DNA of 64,000 nucleotides, taken from contig CM059435.1 of the NCBI GenBank assembly GCA_030390025.1, forward strand, positions 17,546,001 to 17,610,000, given 5' to 3'. Of this stretch, positions 12,563 to 23,869 are shown in pieces (position 1 is the first letter of the stretch; every line of letters starts with the position of its first letter). The notes beneath the pieces were generated by a model. The model had not been told where the DNA came from. It searched no databases and worked only from the letters and a program-made list of their open reading frames with translations. Made by a program: the position numbers and the translations under genes. This stretch comes from Squalus acanthias (Eukaryota).

Positions 12563-12973
12563 GCAAGTAACATTCGCGCCACACAAGTGCCAGGCAATGA
12601 TTATCTCCAACAAGAGAGCGTCTAACTGCCGCCCCTTGACATTCAACGGCATTACCATCACCAAATCCCCCAACATCAACATCCTGGGGGTCACCATTGA
12701 CCAGAAACTTAACTGGATCAGCCACATAAGTACTGTGACTGCAAGAGCAGGTCAGAGGCTAGGTATTCTGCAGCGAGTGTCTCACCTCCTGACTCCCCAA
12801 AGCCTTTCCACCATCTACAAGGCACAAGTCAGGAGTGTGATGGAATACTCTCCACTTGCCTGGATGAGTGCAGCTCCAACAACACTCAAGAAGCTCGACA
12901 CCATCCAGGACCAAGCAGCCTGCTTGATTGGCCCCCCATCCACCACCTTAAACATTCACTCCCTCCACCACCG
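12563..12973 (+). mobile_element. Non-LTR LINE fragment (CR1/Jockey-group family, here 'LINE-X')
   Basis: ILGVTIDQKLNW...IYKAQVRSVMEYSPLAW; inverted homolog of about 13349-13735. Confidence 0.85.
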
Positions 12974-12983
12974 TGTCTGCAGT

Positions 12984-14718
12984 GGGATGTGGGCGTCGCT
13001 GGCAAGGCCAGCATTTATTGCCCATCCCTAATTGCCCTTGAGAAGGTGGTGGTGAGCCGCCATCTTGAACCGCTGCAGTCCATGTGGTGAAGGTACTCCC
13101 ACAGTGCTGTTAGGGAGGGAGTTCCAAGATTTTGACCCAGCGACGATGAAGAAACGGCGATATATTCCCAAGTCAGGATGGTGTGTGACTTGGAGGGGAA
13201 CTTGGAGGTGGTGATGTTCCCATGCGCCTGCTGCCCTTGTCCTTCTAGGCGATAGAGGTTGCGGGTTTGGGAGGTGCTGCTGAAGAAGCCTTGGCAAGTT
13301 GCTGCAGTGCATCTTGCAGATGGTACACACTGCAGCCACGGTACGCCAGTGGTGGAGGGAGTGAATGTTTAAGGTGGTGGATGGGGTGCCAATCAAGCGG
13401 GCTGCTTTGTCTTGGATGGTGTTGAGCTTCTTGAGTGTTGTTGGAGCTGCACTCATCCAGGCAAGTGGAGAGTATTCCATCACACTCCTGACTTGTGCCT
13501 GTAGATGGAGGAAAGGCTTTGGGGAGTCAGGAGGTGAGCCACTCGCCGCAGAGTACCCAACCTCTGACCTGCTCTTGTTGCCACAATATTTATGTGGCTG
13601 GTCCAGTTAAGTTTCTGGTCAATGGTGAACCCCAGGATATTGATGGTGGGGGATTCGGCGATGGTAATGCCGTTGAATGTCATGGGACGGTGGTTAGCGT
13701 CTCGCTTTTTGGAGATAGTCATCGCAAATGTTACCTGCCACTTAACAGCCCAAGCCTGAATGTCGTCCAGGTCTTGCTGCATGCGGGCATGGACTGCTTC
13801 GTTATTTGAGGAGTTGCGAATGGCACTGAACACTGTGCAGTCATCAGCGAACATCCCCATTTCTGATCTTATGATGGAGGGAATGTCATTGATGAAGCAG
13901 CTGAAGATGGTTGGGCCTAGGACACTGCCCTGAGGAACTCCTGCAGCGATGTCCTGGGGCTGTGATGATTGACCTCCAACCACCACAACCATCTTCCTTT
14001 GTGCTAGGTATGACTCCAGCCAGTGGAGAGTCCCCCCCCCCGCCCCCCCCCCCCCCGATTCTCATTGACTTCAATTTTACTAGGGCTCCTTGATGCCACA
14101 CTCTGTCAAATGCTGCCTTGATATCCAAGGCAATCACTCTCACCTCACCTCTGGAATTCAGCTCTTTTTGTCCATGTTCGAACCAAGGCTGTAATGAGGT
14201 CTGGAGCCATGTGGTCCTGGCGGAACCCAAACTGGGGATCAGTGAGCAGGTTATTGGTGAGTTAGTGCTGCTTGATAGCACAGTTAGAAACATAGAAAAA
14301 TAGGAGCAGGAGTAGGCCATTCGGCCTTCGAGCCTGCTCCGCCATTCAATATGATCATGGCTGATCCTCTATCTCAATACCATGTTCCTGCTCTCTCCCC
14401 ATACCCCTTGATGCCTTTTGTGTCTAGAATGTGCAATAGCTAAGTTAACACAAGGAAAAAGGGGGAAAACTGGAGATGAAGAAAGGGGGGTGGAGGGGTA
14501 TTACAGGTACTGGAGGGCTGTTGACTTGCCGACACCTTCCATCACTTTGCTGATGATTGAGAGTAGACTGATGGGGTGGTAATTGGCCGGATTGGATTTT
14601 GTTATGCTTTTTGTGGACAGGACATACCTGGACAGTTTTCCACATTGTCAGATAGATGCCAGTGTTATAGCTGTACTGGAACAGCTTGGCTAGAGGCGCG
14701 GCTAGTTCTGGAGCACAA
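12984..14718 (-). mobile_element. LINE-X with RT domain; interrupted at 14282-14517
   Basis: ALDIKAAFDRVWHQ, GVPQGSVLGPTIFSCFIND, FADD motifs; 3' end shared with the copies at 15796, 19440 and 21490. Confidence 0.9.
14286..14429 (-). mobile_element. CR1 LINE extreme 3' end nested in LINE-X
   Basis: Reverse complement of the 3' UTR at about 11310-11450. Confidence 0.85.
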
Positions 14719-15795
14719 GTTAATAAATCTTGACTGCGGCACGAGTTTGCAACAAATTCTTGTCCAATCAGAAAGAGAAATTTACTGTATGGACCTACTG
14801 TGTTCCCAACATTTTCTGTATTCAGTTCAGCTCTCCAGTACCTGTAGTACCCCTCCACCCACCTTTCTTCATCTCCAGTTTTTCCCCTTTTCCTTGTGTT
14901 AACTTAGCTATTGCACATTCTTTTAATGTCTTTTCATTGCCTCATGGGATAATTTATTGTATCGATTAACAGTTCCCTGTTTCTCTTGGGTAGTTTTCAG
15001 GTCATTTCGCCCGTTAATTTGTCATCTGCACTTATGAGGAAGTGCCTGGCCATGGCTTGCTAGCTCCTTATTTGACATTTTGTTCTCGGCTGGATTTCCA
15101 AACTGTTATGAAAGGCAATCTATTTTAAACCATTGTTGCCATGGCTAGATTTGTGCCTCACATTGTGCAGAAGCTGAATATGCAGTCTTGAGCTTTAAAA
15201 TTGTAAAAAAATAGTCGGAGCCAAAAGCATATTTACTTAAAATGAAGTTATATCTAAAAGTTCAAATTTCATGTAACAGAAAATACTGCCGCCACCGAGC
15301 TGATTTAAGGCACTCTGTGAAAATGGCTCGGACACGCCCTCGATAACTGGCTGCTCCTTCCTGGATTTTCTAATCAATTAAAAGTGAAGATGACAAAATG
15401 CTGGTCGAGAAGGCTTTTAAGAAAAGGTGCTCAGCTTTGTTTTAAATTGGTGTGGCTTGTGTTAAAACTCATTCTGCAGGTTTCAGGGTGGTACAGAAAC
15501 AACTCACTGGGATCATAAGGGGCACTTTACCGAGGCAGGAGTAAAAACAGACGGTTAGAACAGTGTTGAGTGGGTGCCTGAGCCGAAACTAGACTTTGAA
15601 TTTAGAAACTGCCCCTCTTCCCCCGCCATGGCTCTATATCAATGGTGGACACCTGGTGACTCAAGTGTCCCATGGTGTCGAGCATTCCTAAGGGTGTAAA
15701 TCACCGTTGGTATGCAGTTAAGGAGCCACAAAATACACCAAATTTCTTTGGGACTTTTTAAAATAACAAATAACAATTTGTATGTTGTAGGTTTT

Positions 15796-15952
15796 AACTC
15801 TCCCTAACAGCACTGTGGGAGTTCCTTCACCAAAAGGACTGCAGCAGTTTCAGAAGGCGGCTCACCACCACCTTCTCGAGGGCAGTTAGGGATGGGTAAT
15901 AAATGCTGGCCTTGCCAGCGACGCCCATATCCCATGAACGAATAAAAAAAAA
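15796..15952 (+). mobile_element. LINE-X 3' end with poly-A
   Basis: CCACCACCTTCTC..GGGCA.TTAGGGATGGG..ATAAATGCTGGCC...GAATAAAAAA. Confidence 0.85.
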
Positions 15953-15965
15953 ACTTAAATCAGTA

Positions 15966-16330
15966 TATAGGAACAGGAGTAGGCCATTTAGCCCCTTGAG
16001 CCTGCTCCGCCATTCAATAAGATCATGGCTGATCTGTGACCTACCTCCACATACCCGCCTTTGCCCCATATCCCTTAATACCTTTAGTTAACAAAAATCT
16101 ATCAGTCTCAGATTTAAAATTAACAATTGACCCAGCATCAACTGCTGTTTGCGGAAGAGTTCCAAACTTCTACCACCTTTTGTGTGTAGAAGTATTTCCT
16201 AACTTCACTCCTGAAAGGCCTGGCTCTAATTTTTAGGCTATGCCCCTAGTCCTAGATTCCCCAACCAGCAGATATAGTTTCTCTCTATCTACCCTATCAG
16301 TTCCCCTTACTATCTTGAAAACTTAGATCA
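15966..16330 (-). mobile_element. CR1 LINE 3' fragment
   Basis: GGAGTAGGCCATT..GCCC..GAGCCTGCTCCGCCATTCAA 3' UTR plus ORF2 C-terminus. Confidence 0.85.
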
Positions 16331-16424
16331 ACTTTTTTTTCCAGCACAGAAACCGGCCATTCGGCCTATGCTGGTGTTTATGCTTCACACGAGCCTCCTC
16401 CCACTTTACTTCATCCCACCCTAA

Positions 16425-16575
16425 CTAAAGACAGCACCTCCGACAGTGCAGCACTCCCTCAGTACTGCACAGGAGTGTCAGCCTAGACTTTTGTGCTCAA
16501 GTCTCTGGAGTGGGACTGTGAACCCACAACCTTCTGACTCTGGCAAGAGTGCTACCCACTGAGACACGGCTGGCA
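16425..16575 (-). mobile_element. tRNA-derived SINE head (Deu/SacSINE-like)
   Basis: Minus strand has A/B-box-like CTCAGTGGGTAGCAC...GGGTTCACAGTCCC followed by CAGTACTGAGGGAGTGCTGCACTGTCGGAGG. Confidence 0.65.
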
Positions 16576-17456
16576 CCAGGTAGAACATTACCTGGATTCA
16601 TAATGGCTGTTGTTTTTTTCCTAAACACTAACCTTAAAGTCCGATAGCTGTACTGCGCCTGACTTAAAATTTAATCTAGCAACGTCATAACATGTAACAT
16701 CTGTTATTGGGAGAGTTCCTTTTATCCCTTACATCTGGCAATACTTAGTTACATGCCTGCAAAACAAGTTTTTGGCTTGGAAGGAGCATGAAATGTTTCG
16801 GTCTTCATCTTTGTCATTGAAATGTTACAAATTAACATCAGCACATTAACTTGCTGTAACATCATAGGAAATCTGATCATTTTGTTTGTAACTAATGAGC
16901 ACTATAAACTGCTGCAATAATCTGAAAGTAGTCAAAAGCAGAAGATAGCAGTTATGGCAATTAGACAAAATAAAATAAAACTTTGGGGGAGTTGGTCGCT
17001 ATCGTGGGGTGGCGGGGGGGGGGGGTGGAATTTGGCGATTGCAGCAGGTGCTAGAGCGATGCCATAATTGGAGAAGGGAGGCCGAAGACTTCCTTGAGGG
17101 GCCGGGGGAAACACTCTTGCTACTCTTGGCCCACAAGGAGCGTTATAAAAGGCACTTACCTCCTGGAGGCGGCAGCTCCCGCCTCTCTCTCGCTGACGGG
17201 TTTCCTGAGCCCTGGGAAACCCGCGTAGCAACAGTTAAATTTAAATCAAGCTCCCAATTGCACTGTGGAAGCCTGATTTAAATATGTTAATGAGGTGCCC
17301 TGCCTTTCCAAGACTGGACGCTCTCGCAGCACGCTACTCGTCACCGTAAAAATGACGGCAAGCGCTTACTGTTTGGGTTGGGGTTGTATTTTGCAGTGGA
17401 GGAATCCCAACCTGAGCTCGATCCTGTTCTCAACAGATTGTCTATACCCACACATT

Positions 17457-18205
17457 GGGCTGGATTTTGTCTTGGGGTCGGGTTGGGGTCGTGTCATCCG
17501 CATTTCGTGTTGCCCCCCCCCCCCGACTCCAGATTAATGTGGATGAATGATGCAATTTTCACTTAATTGGGCAATTAAGTTCCAGCATGTGGGAACCCAT
17601 GAACCAATTAGTGGTTTGAGTCTGAAAGTCGCCTCTGATGGTGTCATCATTGCAGGTCAGAGACTGACTGCCTCATCTCAGAGACTGCCTGGCCTTTGCT
17701 GTGAGTGGACCTGGATGCAAAATGAGCAGCAGCTGAGAGAGAGAGAGAGAGAAAACATTTTTTTCCATCCAGGTCCTCTCACAGCAAGGCCAGGCAGTCT
17801 CTGAAGACATTCAATGCAGCAGCATCAGAGGCGACTTTCAGACTTATATCTACTACTACTTTCATCACATCTCCGTTGTAATAGTGGACCTGCAGCTGAT
17901 AGTCAGCTATCCACTTGTGCTCCCGCCAGGTTTCACTGGAGTGTTTCACATCAGGCGTACTTCACGTCGGAAAAGGGTTAAACTAGCTAAAACGTTTCAA
18001 AATGGCATTACAGAGCCAATTTAGGGCTTGTTAAAGGCTTTAATGGCCTCTCCCGCCTCTTGGAGGCGGGATGGAGTCGGGAACCCCGCGACTGATTTTG
18101 TCAAAATTGCGTGGAGGCGGGATGGGGTCGGGACTCCCGAATCTGCAACTTTAACCCCCCACACGCCTCCAAACCCGACTCCACGGGTCATTGAAAATCC
18201 AGCCC
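17457..18205. mobile_element. Non-autonomous Harbinger-type element (MITE)
   Basis: TIRs GGGCTGGATTTT / AAAATCCAGCCC, 3-bp TSD ATT; homologous to 25458-26091. Confidence 0.85.
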
Positions 18206-18349
18206 ATTGTTTCAAGAGACATTATCAGATAATAATCAAGATTGAGAATGCTTGTTGATATTTTTAAAACAAAAATTTTCTCCTCTTTCCCCCCCCCCCC
18301 CCAAAAGAATACTTCTCATGCTTTTATATTACACTCTCCTGTGTGTATA

Positions 18350-19530
18350 TAGAGGTGAGAGTGACTGCGCTTGACATCAAGGCAGCATTTCACTGAGTGT
18401 GACTTCAATTTTACTAGGGCTCTTTGATGTCAATGGGAATCAGGGGAAAACTCTCCACTGGCTGCAGTCATGCCTAGCACAAAGGAAGATGGTTGTGGTT
18501 GTTAGAGGCCGATCATCTCAGCCCCAGGACATCGCTGCAGGAGTTCCGCAGGGCAGTGTCCTAGGCCCAACCATCTTCAGCTGCTTCATCAATGACCTTC
18601 CCTCCATCATAGGGTCAGAAGTGGGGATGTTCGCTGATGACTGCACACTGTTCAGTACCATTCGTAACTCTTCAATAATGAAGCAGTCCATGCCCACCTA
18701 CAGCAAGACCTGGGTGACATTCAGGCTTGGGCTGATAAGTGGCAAATAACTTTCACGCCACACAAGTTCCAGGCAATGACTATCTCCAACAAGAGAGCGT
18801 CTAACCACTGCCCCTTGACATTCGACGGCATTACCATCACCGACATCCCTACCATCAACATCCTGGGGGGTCACCATTGACCAGAAACTTAACTGGACCA
18901 GCCGCATAAATACTGTGGCAACAAGAGCAGGTCAGAGGCTGGGTATTCTGTGGCGAGTGTTTCACCTCCTGACTCCCCAAAGCCTTTCCACCCTTTACAA
19001 GGCACAAGTCAAGAGTGTGATGGAATACTTACCACTTGCCTAATGAGTGCAGCTCCAACAACACTCAAGAAACTCAAGACCATCCAGACAAAGCAGCCTG
19101 CTTGATTGGCACCTCATCCACCACCTTAAACATTCACTCCCTCCACCACCGGCATACCGTGGCTGCAGTGTGTACCATCTGCAAGATGCACTGCAGCAAC
19201 TCGCCAAGGCTTCTTCGACAGCACCTCCCAAACCCACGACCTCTACCACCTAGAAGGACAAGGGCAGCAGGTGCATGGGAACACCACCACCTGCAAGTTC
19301 TCCTCCAAGTCACACACCATCCTGACTTGGAAGTATATCGCCGTTCCTTCATCGTCGCTGGGTCAAAATCCTGAAACTCCCTACTTAACAGCACTGTGGG
19401 AGTACCTTCACCACACGGACTGCAGCGGTTCAAGGAAGCGGCTCACCACCACCTTCTCAAGGGCAATTAGGGATGGGCAATAAATCGTAGCCTTGCCAGT
19501 GACACCCACATCCCATGAACGAATACATTT
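18350..19530 (+). mobile_element. LINE-X, 5'-truncated, RT C-terminal half
   Basis: GVPQGSVLGPTIFSCFINDLP...FADD; frameshifts; shared 3' end. Confidence 0.9.
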
Positions 19531-19599
19531 TTTAAAATTGTGTGCCTCTCTCTTTCTTTTGTCCCATTTCTGATCTAACCCCTCCATTTATCACCTACC

Positions 19600-20650
19600 A
19601 TTGAGGTACCCCTTTACTGCCAGTCTGAATGCATTTAACCTCTACCTAATCCACCTTGTATTTTAAATATCTCCCACTGCCAGTCTATTATTTGACCTGC
19701 CAAGTTTTTTTCAAGTAATCTGGGCTGGTCCCTTTTCATGTTGATGAGATTAGCTAATTTCCAGTCCAACTCAACTGGAGCAATGTTGAATATTGACCAG
19801 AATCTCTTCCCAGTCTACTTCAGGATAGCTAACGTCGCTGTAACCATTTCAAACCATTCTAAATTGCCTCAAATCTCTTCCTCAACTCTTTCTCATCAGT
19901 CGGTCATCTTTAAACCACTCCCAATATGGGAACAGATCTATTAATATTCTATGCAGACAGCCTCTGTCTGAACACCACCATCAATTTAAAAGCTTCACCT
20001 TCTATGTCTGTAATTATACCTTTTAATTAATAAGGCGATTCCTCCCTTTTTACTTTCTCTATCTCTTCTGAAGATTTATAACTGAAATATTTAGTTCCCA
20101 GCCTTCTCTCACTGAATCAAAGTCAAGGCTACAACGTTATGTCCTTCCATTTCAAATAGGGTGTTTAGTTCCCTGACTTATTTCTCATGTTTTACCAACT
20201 CTCAAATCCTTACCCATTTGTACTTCTCTGTATCCTTTTCCTTTCTATTTTTCTTTTCTTTCTCTTTCTCCCTAACCCCTTTCCTATCTGTCCTAAGGTA
20301 AATCTGCCCACTGCCCCGCCTTGAGCTTACTATTATAGATTGTGTTTCCCATTTACTAAATTTTTAGAATCGCCCCTGTATGCTCTAGGATTTGGGTTAT
20401 CAGAGCATCTTACTTAGGTCATCTATTGGTCAACAAGCCTCCCCTTGATCAACTTCCAACCAAAATATACTTAAAAAAACCACAAGTTTAATTGTTCCCT
20501 TGCTGTTTTACTTATCCTTTCTGTGAGAACCTTAGTACTGGTTAAGCACTCATCTGTTGACATTTGCCAGAACTTGTCCCAATGTCCTACGATCTTAAAG
20601 CGTGCAGAATAGCTTAGTAACAAATGTTAGTATATTTCAAAGTCATGTGA
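19600..20650 (-). mobile_element. Highly decayed CR1-type ORF2 5' (endonuclease) region
   Basis: Weak minus-strand resemblance to APE-domain coding sequence; no open frame. Confidence 0.4.
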
Positions 20651-21487
20651 AGCACTTAGAATTCTGATCAGATGCATTATAAGTGCATTTTTTTCTAAAA
20701 AGAAGGGAGAGAATTCGAATTAGAATAAAAGTTGGGAATAATTTAAGAAAATAAGGTGGAAGGTTCTAATAAAGAGCTAAAATGAAGTAAGGTTGGATTA
20801 GTGTATATTATGTGAGAATCGACTAAAGGAATGATTCAAAAGTCAAATAATTTAATGTTTACAACTTTTTAATGTTGTAAAAGCAGGTTTTTTCATTTAA
20901 CTGAAAATGTGTGCTCCATTTAAGAATAACACCTATTCCCTACAGTATCCTCATTGAACAATCACAGATCTGTTTTTGTGCAATTTGGATACAGGATAAT
21001 GATCATTGTGTTACAGTGCCATAGTAAGTCCAGTAACTTTAACTTACTACACTATCAGTATGACGGAATTCTTCCATCAGTTACACAGTAAGATCCATTT
21101 ATTGGAGCCAAATGTCAGAGGTCAAAATGAGTTGTCTTTGAGATAATGATGTACAGTTTTTCTTTAGTACTTAAAGCATTTGTTGAAGGTTATTACATAG
21201 TGCAAATTGTGAAACTGAATTCAATAAATCTGGCAATATGTGGGCAAGTACCAGGACAAAATGACCATGAAAGCTGGCAGATTACGCCAAAAACGCACAT
21301 TGTTCACGAATGTTTTTCAGGGAAGGGAAACCGCTACCCCAACCTGGTCTGACTTGCATGTGGCTCCAGTGGTTGACTCTTATTGCCTTTAAGGCAACTA
21401 GGGCAGGGCAAATAAATGTTGCCATGCTGGTGTCGCTACATTCCAAGACCAATTTAAAAAAAAATCTATAAAGCTGGAACTTCAATT

Positions 21488-21948
21488 TTGTTTTTTATTC
21501 ATTCACAGGATGTGGGCGTCGCAGGCAAGGCCAGCATTTTTTGCCCATCCCTAATTGCCTTTGAGAAGGTGGTGGAGAGCCGTCATCTTGAACCACTGCA
21601 TTCCGTGTGGTGAAGGTGCTCCCATAGTGCTGTTAGGGAGAGAGTTCCAGGATTTTGACCAGTGAAGATGAAGGAATGGTGATATACCTCCAAGTCAGGA
21701 TGGTGTGTGACTTGGAGGGAAACTTGGAGGTGGTGGTGTTCCCATGCGCCTGCTGCCCTTGTCCTTCTAGGTGGTAGAGGTCGCGGGTTTGGGAGGTGCT
21801 GCCTGTGATGGTGAAGGGAGCACCTTCACCTCACGGACTGCAGAGGTTCAAGAAGGCGGCTCACCACCACCTTCTCAAGGGCAACTAGGGATGGGCAATA
21901 AATGCTGGCCTTAAAGCGACGCCCACATCCCATGAATGAATTAAAAAA
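21488..21948. mobile_element. Two LINE-X 3' ends in opposite orientation (about 21488-21803 minus; about 21821-21948 plus)
   Basis: Both match the LINE-X 3' terminus; T-rich left end, A-rich right end. Confidence 0.85.
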
Positions 21949-21950
21949 AA

Positions 21951-22180
21951 CACATTGCTGTGGGTCTGGAGTCACATATAGGCAGATTTTCTTTTCTAAA
22001 GGACATTAGCGAACCAGATGGGTTTTTACGACAATCCGGTAGTTTCTTGGTCACCATTACTGAAACTAGCTTTTTATTCCAGATTTATTTAATTTAAATT
22101 CCCCAGCTGCCGTGGTGGGATTTGAACTTGTGTCTCCAAATTACTGGTCCAGTAACATAACCACTATGCTACTGTTCCCT
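21951..22180 (-). mobile_element. tRNA-derived SINE
   Basis: Minus strand GTAGCATAGTGGTTATGTTACTGGAC...GTTCAAATCCCACCACGGCAG head; related copies at about 21240-21450 (+) and 56740-57135 (-). Confidence 0.7.
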
Positions 22181-23869
22181 ATTTAAATGCTACTGATGGT
22201 GTCAATATGGCAGATAAGGCAGCAGTTTATCCTCAAACACTCCAATTAGGACTTAGTTGAGGCGCGGTTCAGTGTTATTACTAGAGCTTGATTGACTATC
22301 CACTTAGAGGGATAGGTTGAGGTTTTCAGATTGCTTAGAGAGGATATTGTACAGCTGCTATGGTTTTACTTTTACTGTACAACCTGGAACTATTTTGCTT
22401 GACGGTATGAGCAATAAACCGAATTTTCACTGTCCCTTTGCATTATTATAAAGTTGCTTCAAAAAATCTATGCTCCAGTCCTCCACATGGCCATCAGTGC
22501 AGCTGGGGAAGGTTGAAGTTGCCCAGTCATGCTACTGTGGTAGTTCTACATGAAACTTCTTTCATGCTAAATGGGTCCTCCATTGTCTTTTCTACTGGTA
22601 CAGGCTTTCTGTGGATTTTTTACTAAGTAAATGGCTGAACTTTTGATGCATGTTTTTAGTTATTATTTCAATCGGACAATTTGGAGAGTTAAAGACTCCA
22701 TTTTGCTTTTGTGTTCTCTTATTGTCCTTTTTGCCCTCCACAGCCTTTCCTGCCTATACATCACACATTGCCAAGAGACGAGCGGGTAGCGGCCATAATG
22801 CTGCTGCATTTCTAAGAGGAGAGCATCCTGGTGTGATTGCCTTTTATTTGCTTTTGCTTTTCCCCTCCCTGTGGGTAATTGTCTAGCTTGTAGTATGCTG
22901 TAGGCAGCATTAGTGGGTCGCTCTCTTCAACTGGCTATTATTCTTCACTTTGGCATTCATTAAGATTCCTATTGACTGGGGAGATAAAACTATATTCAAA
23001 AAGGAATTTTCCATATCACTTACTGCTTATTTTGCATTGTAAGTAAGCTGCTCTCCTGCTGATGGTGTATTGTGTATCTATTTTTTTTGGTTGGAGGTTG
23101 CTCAGTGGGAGGCTTGTTGGCTGATAGATGGTCTAAATAGAATGTTTCTGGTACTGCTTTTCATTACTGCATACATCTGTTGCTGTTCAGTTCACAGTTC
23201 TTATAAATGACGTCATTTATAAGACCTGAACTTAAAAACAACAGAAATATAATATAGTGCAATCACTTTCTTTTTCAATGCACTGCACAGTCGTCCATTA
23301 AATGCATTGTTCAATTTCCAAAATTCCTCAACCTCTGACGTTTTTCTTAACTTTTATTTGTTGAAAGTTTTTGATTTTTTTTAAAGTATACTAAATAGAT
23401 TATTGGACGAGAAGTGGGGTCTTATTAGACTTGTGTTGTCTATAAAACAATACTGTAAGTGAAAATCCATTTGGCTTGATTACTTTAGATGCCTCCAATA
23501 ACATATGTTTTGGCTGAGTTGATAATACCAGCAGATCTCCTGTGGTATTGCTCATGGTGAATAGGAGGACCTGTTATTGTCGAATGAGCATAATGCTACA
23601 TAATATTGAAGTCCTGTGGAATTGTTCTTGGACAAAAACCATGGGTGGGAATTCAGGCTGGGAGTGAATGGAAGGGCATTCTGAGGAACCAACACAATGC
23701 TGAAATCATAGCAAAAAGAAGTATTTGAGTAATATTATTGGTTGGTTTTGTCCCATCTGCTGCTTCTTTCATTGGTAACCATTTTTACTTAGTAAGTCAT
23801 TGTTATTTTTGCTACATGTGCACTCATCTGAGGCAATCAGAATTTTTCAGTTAACTCTGATTTGCTTTA

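Noticed and set aside
17022-17420. Additional Harbinger MITE
   Set aside because: A plausible left TIR is present but I could not identify a right TIR or TSD, so it is not listed as a feature
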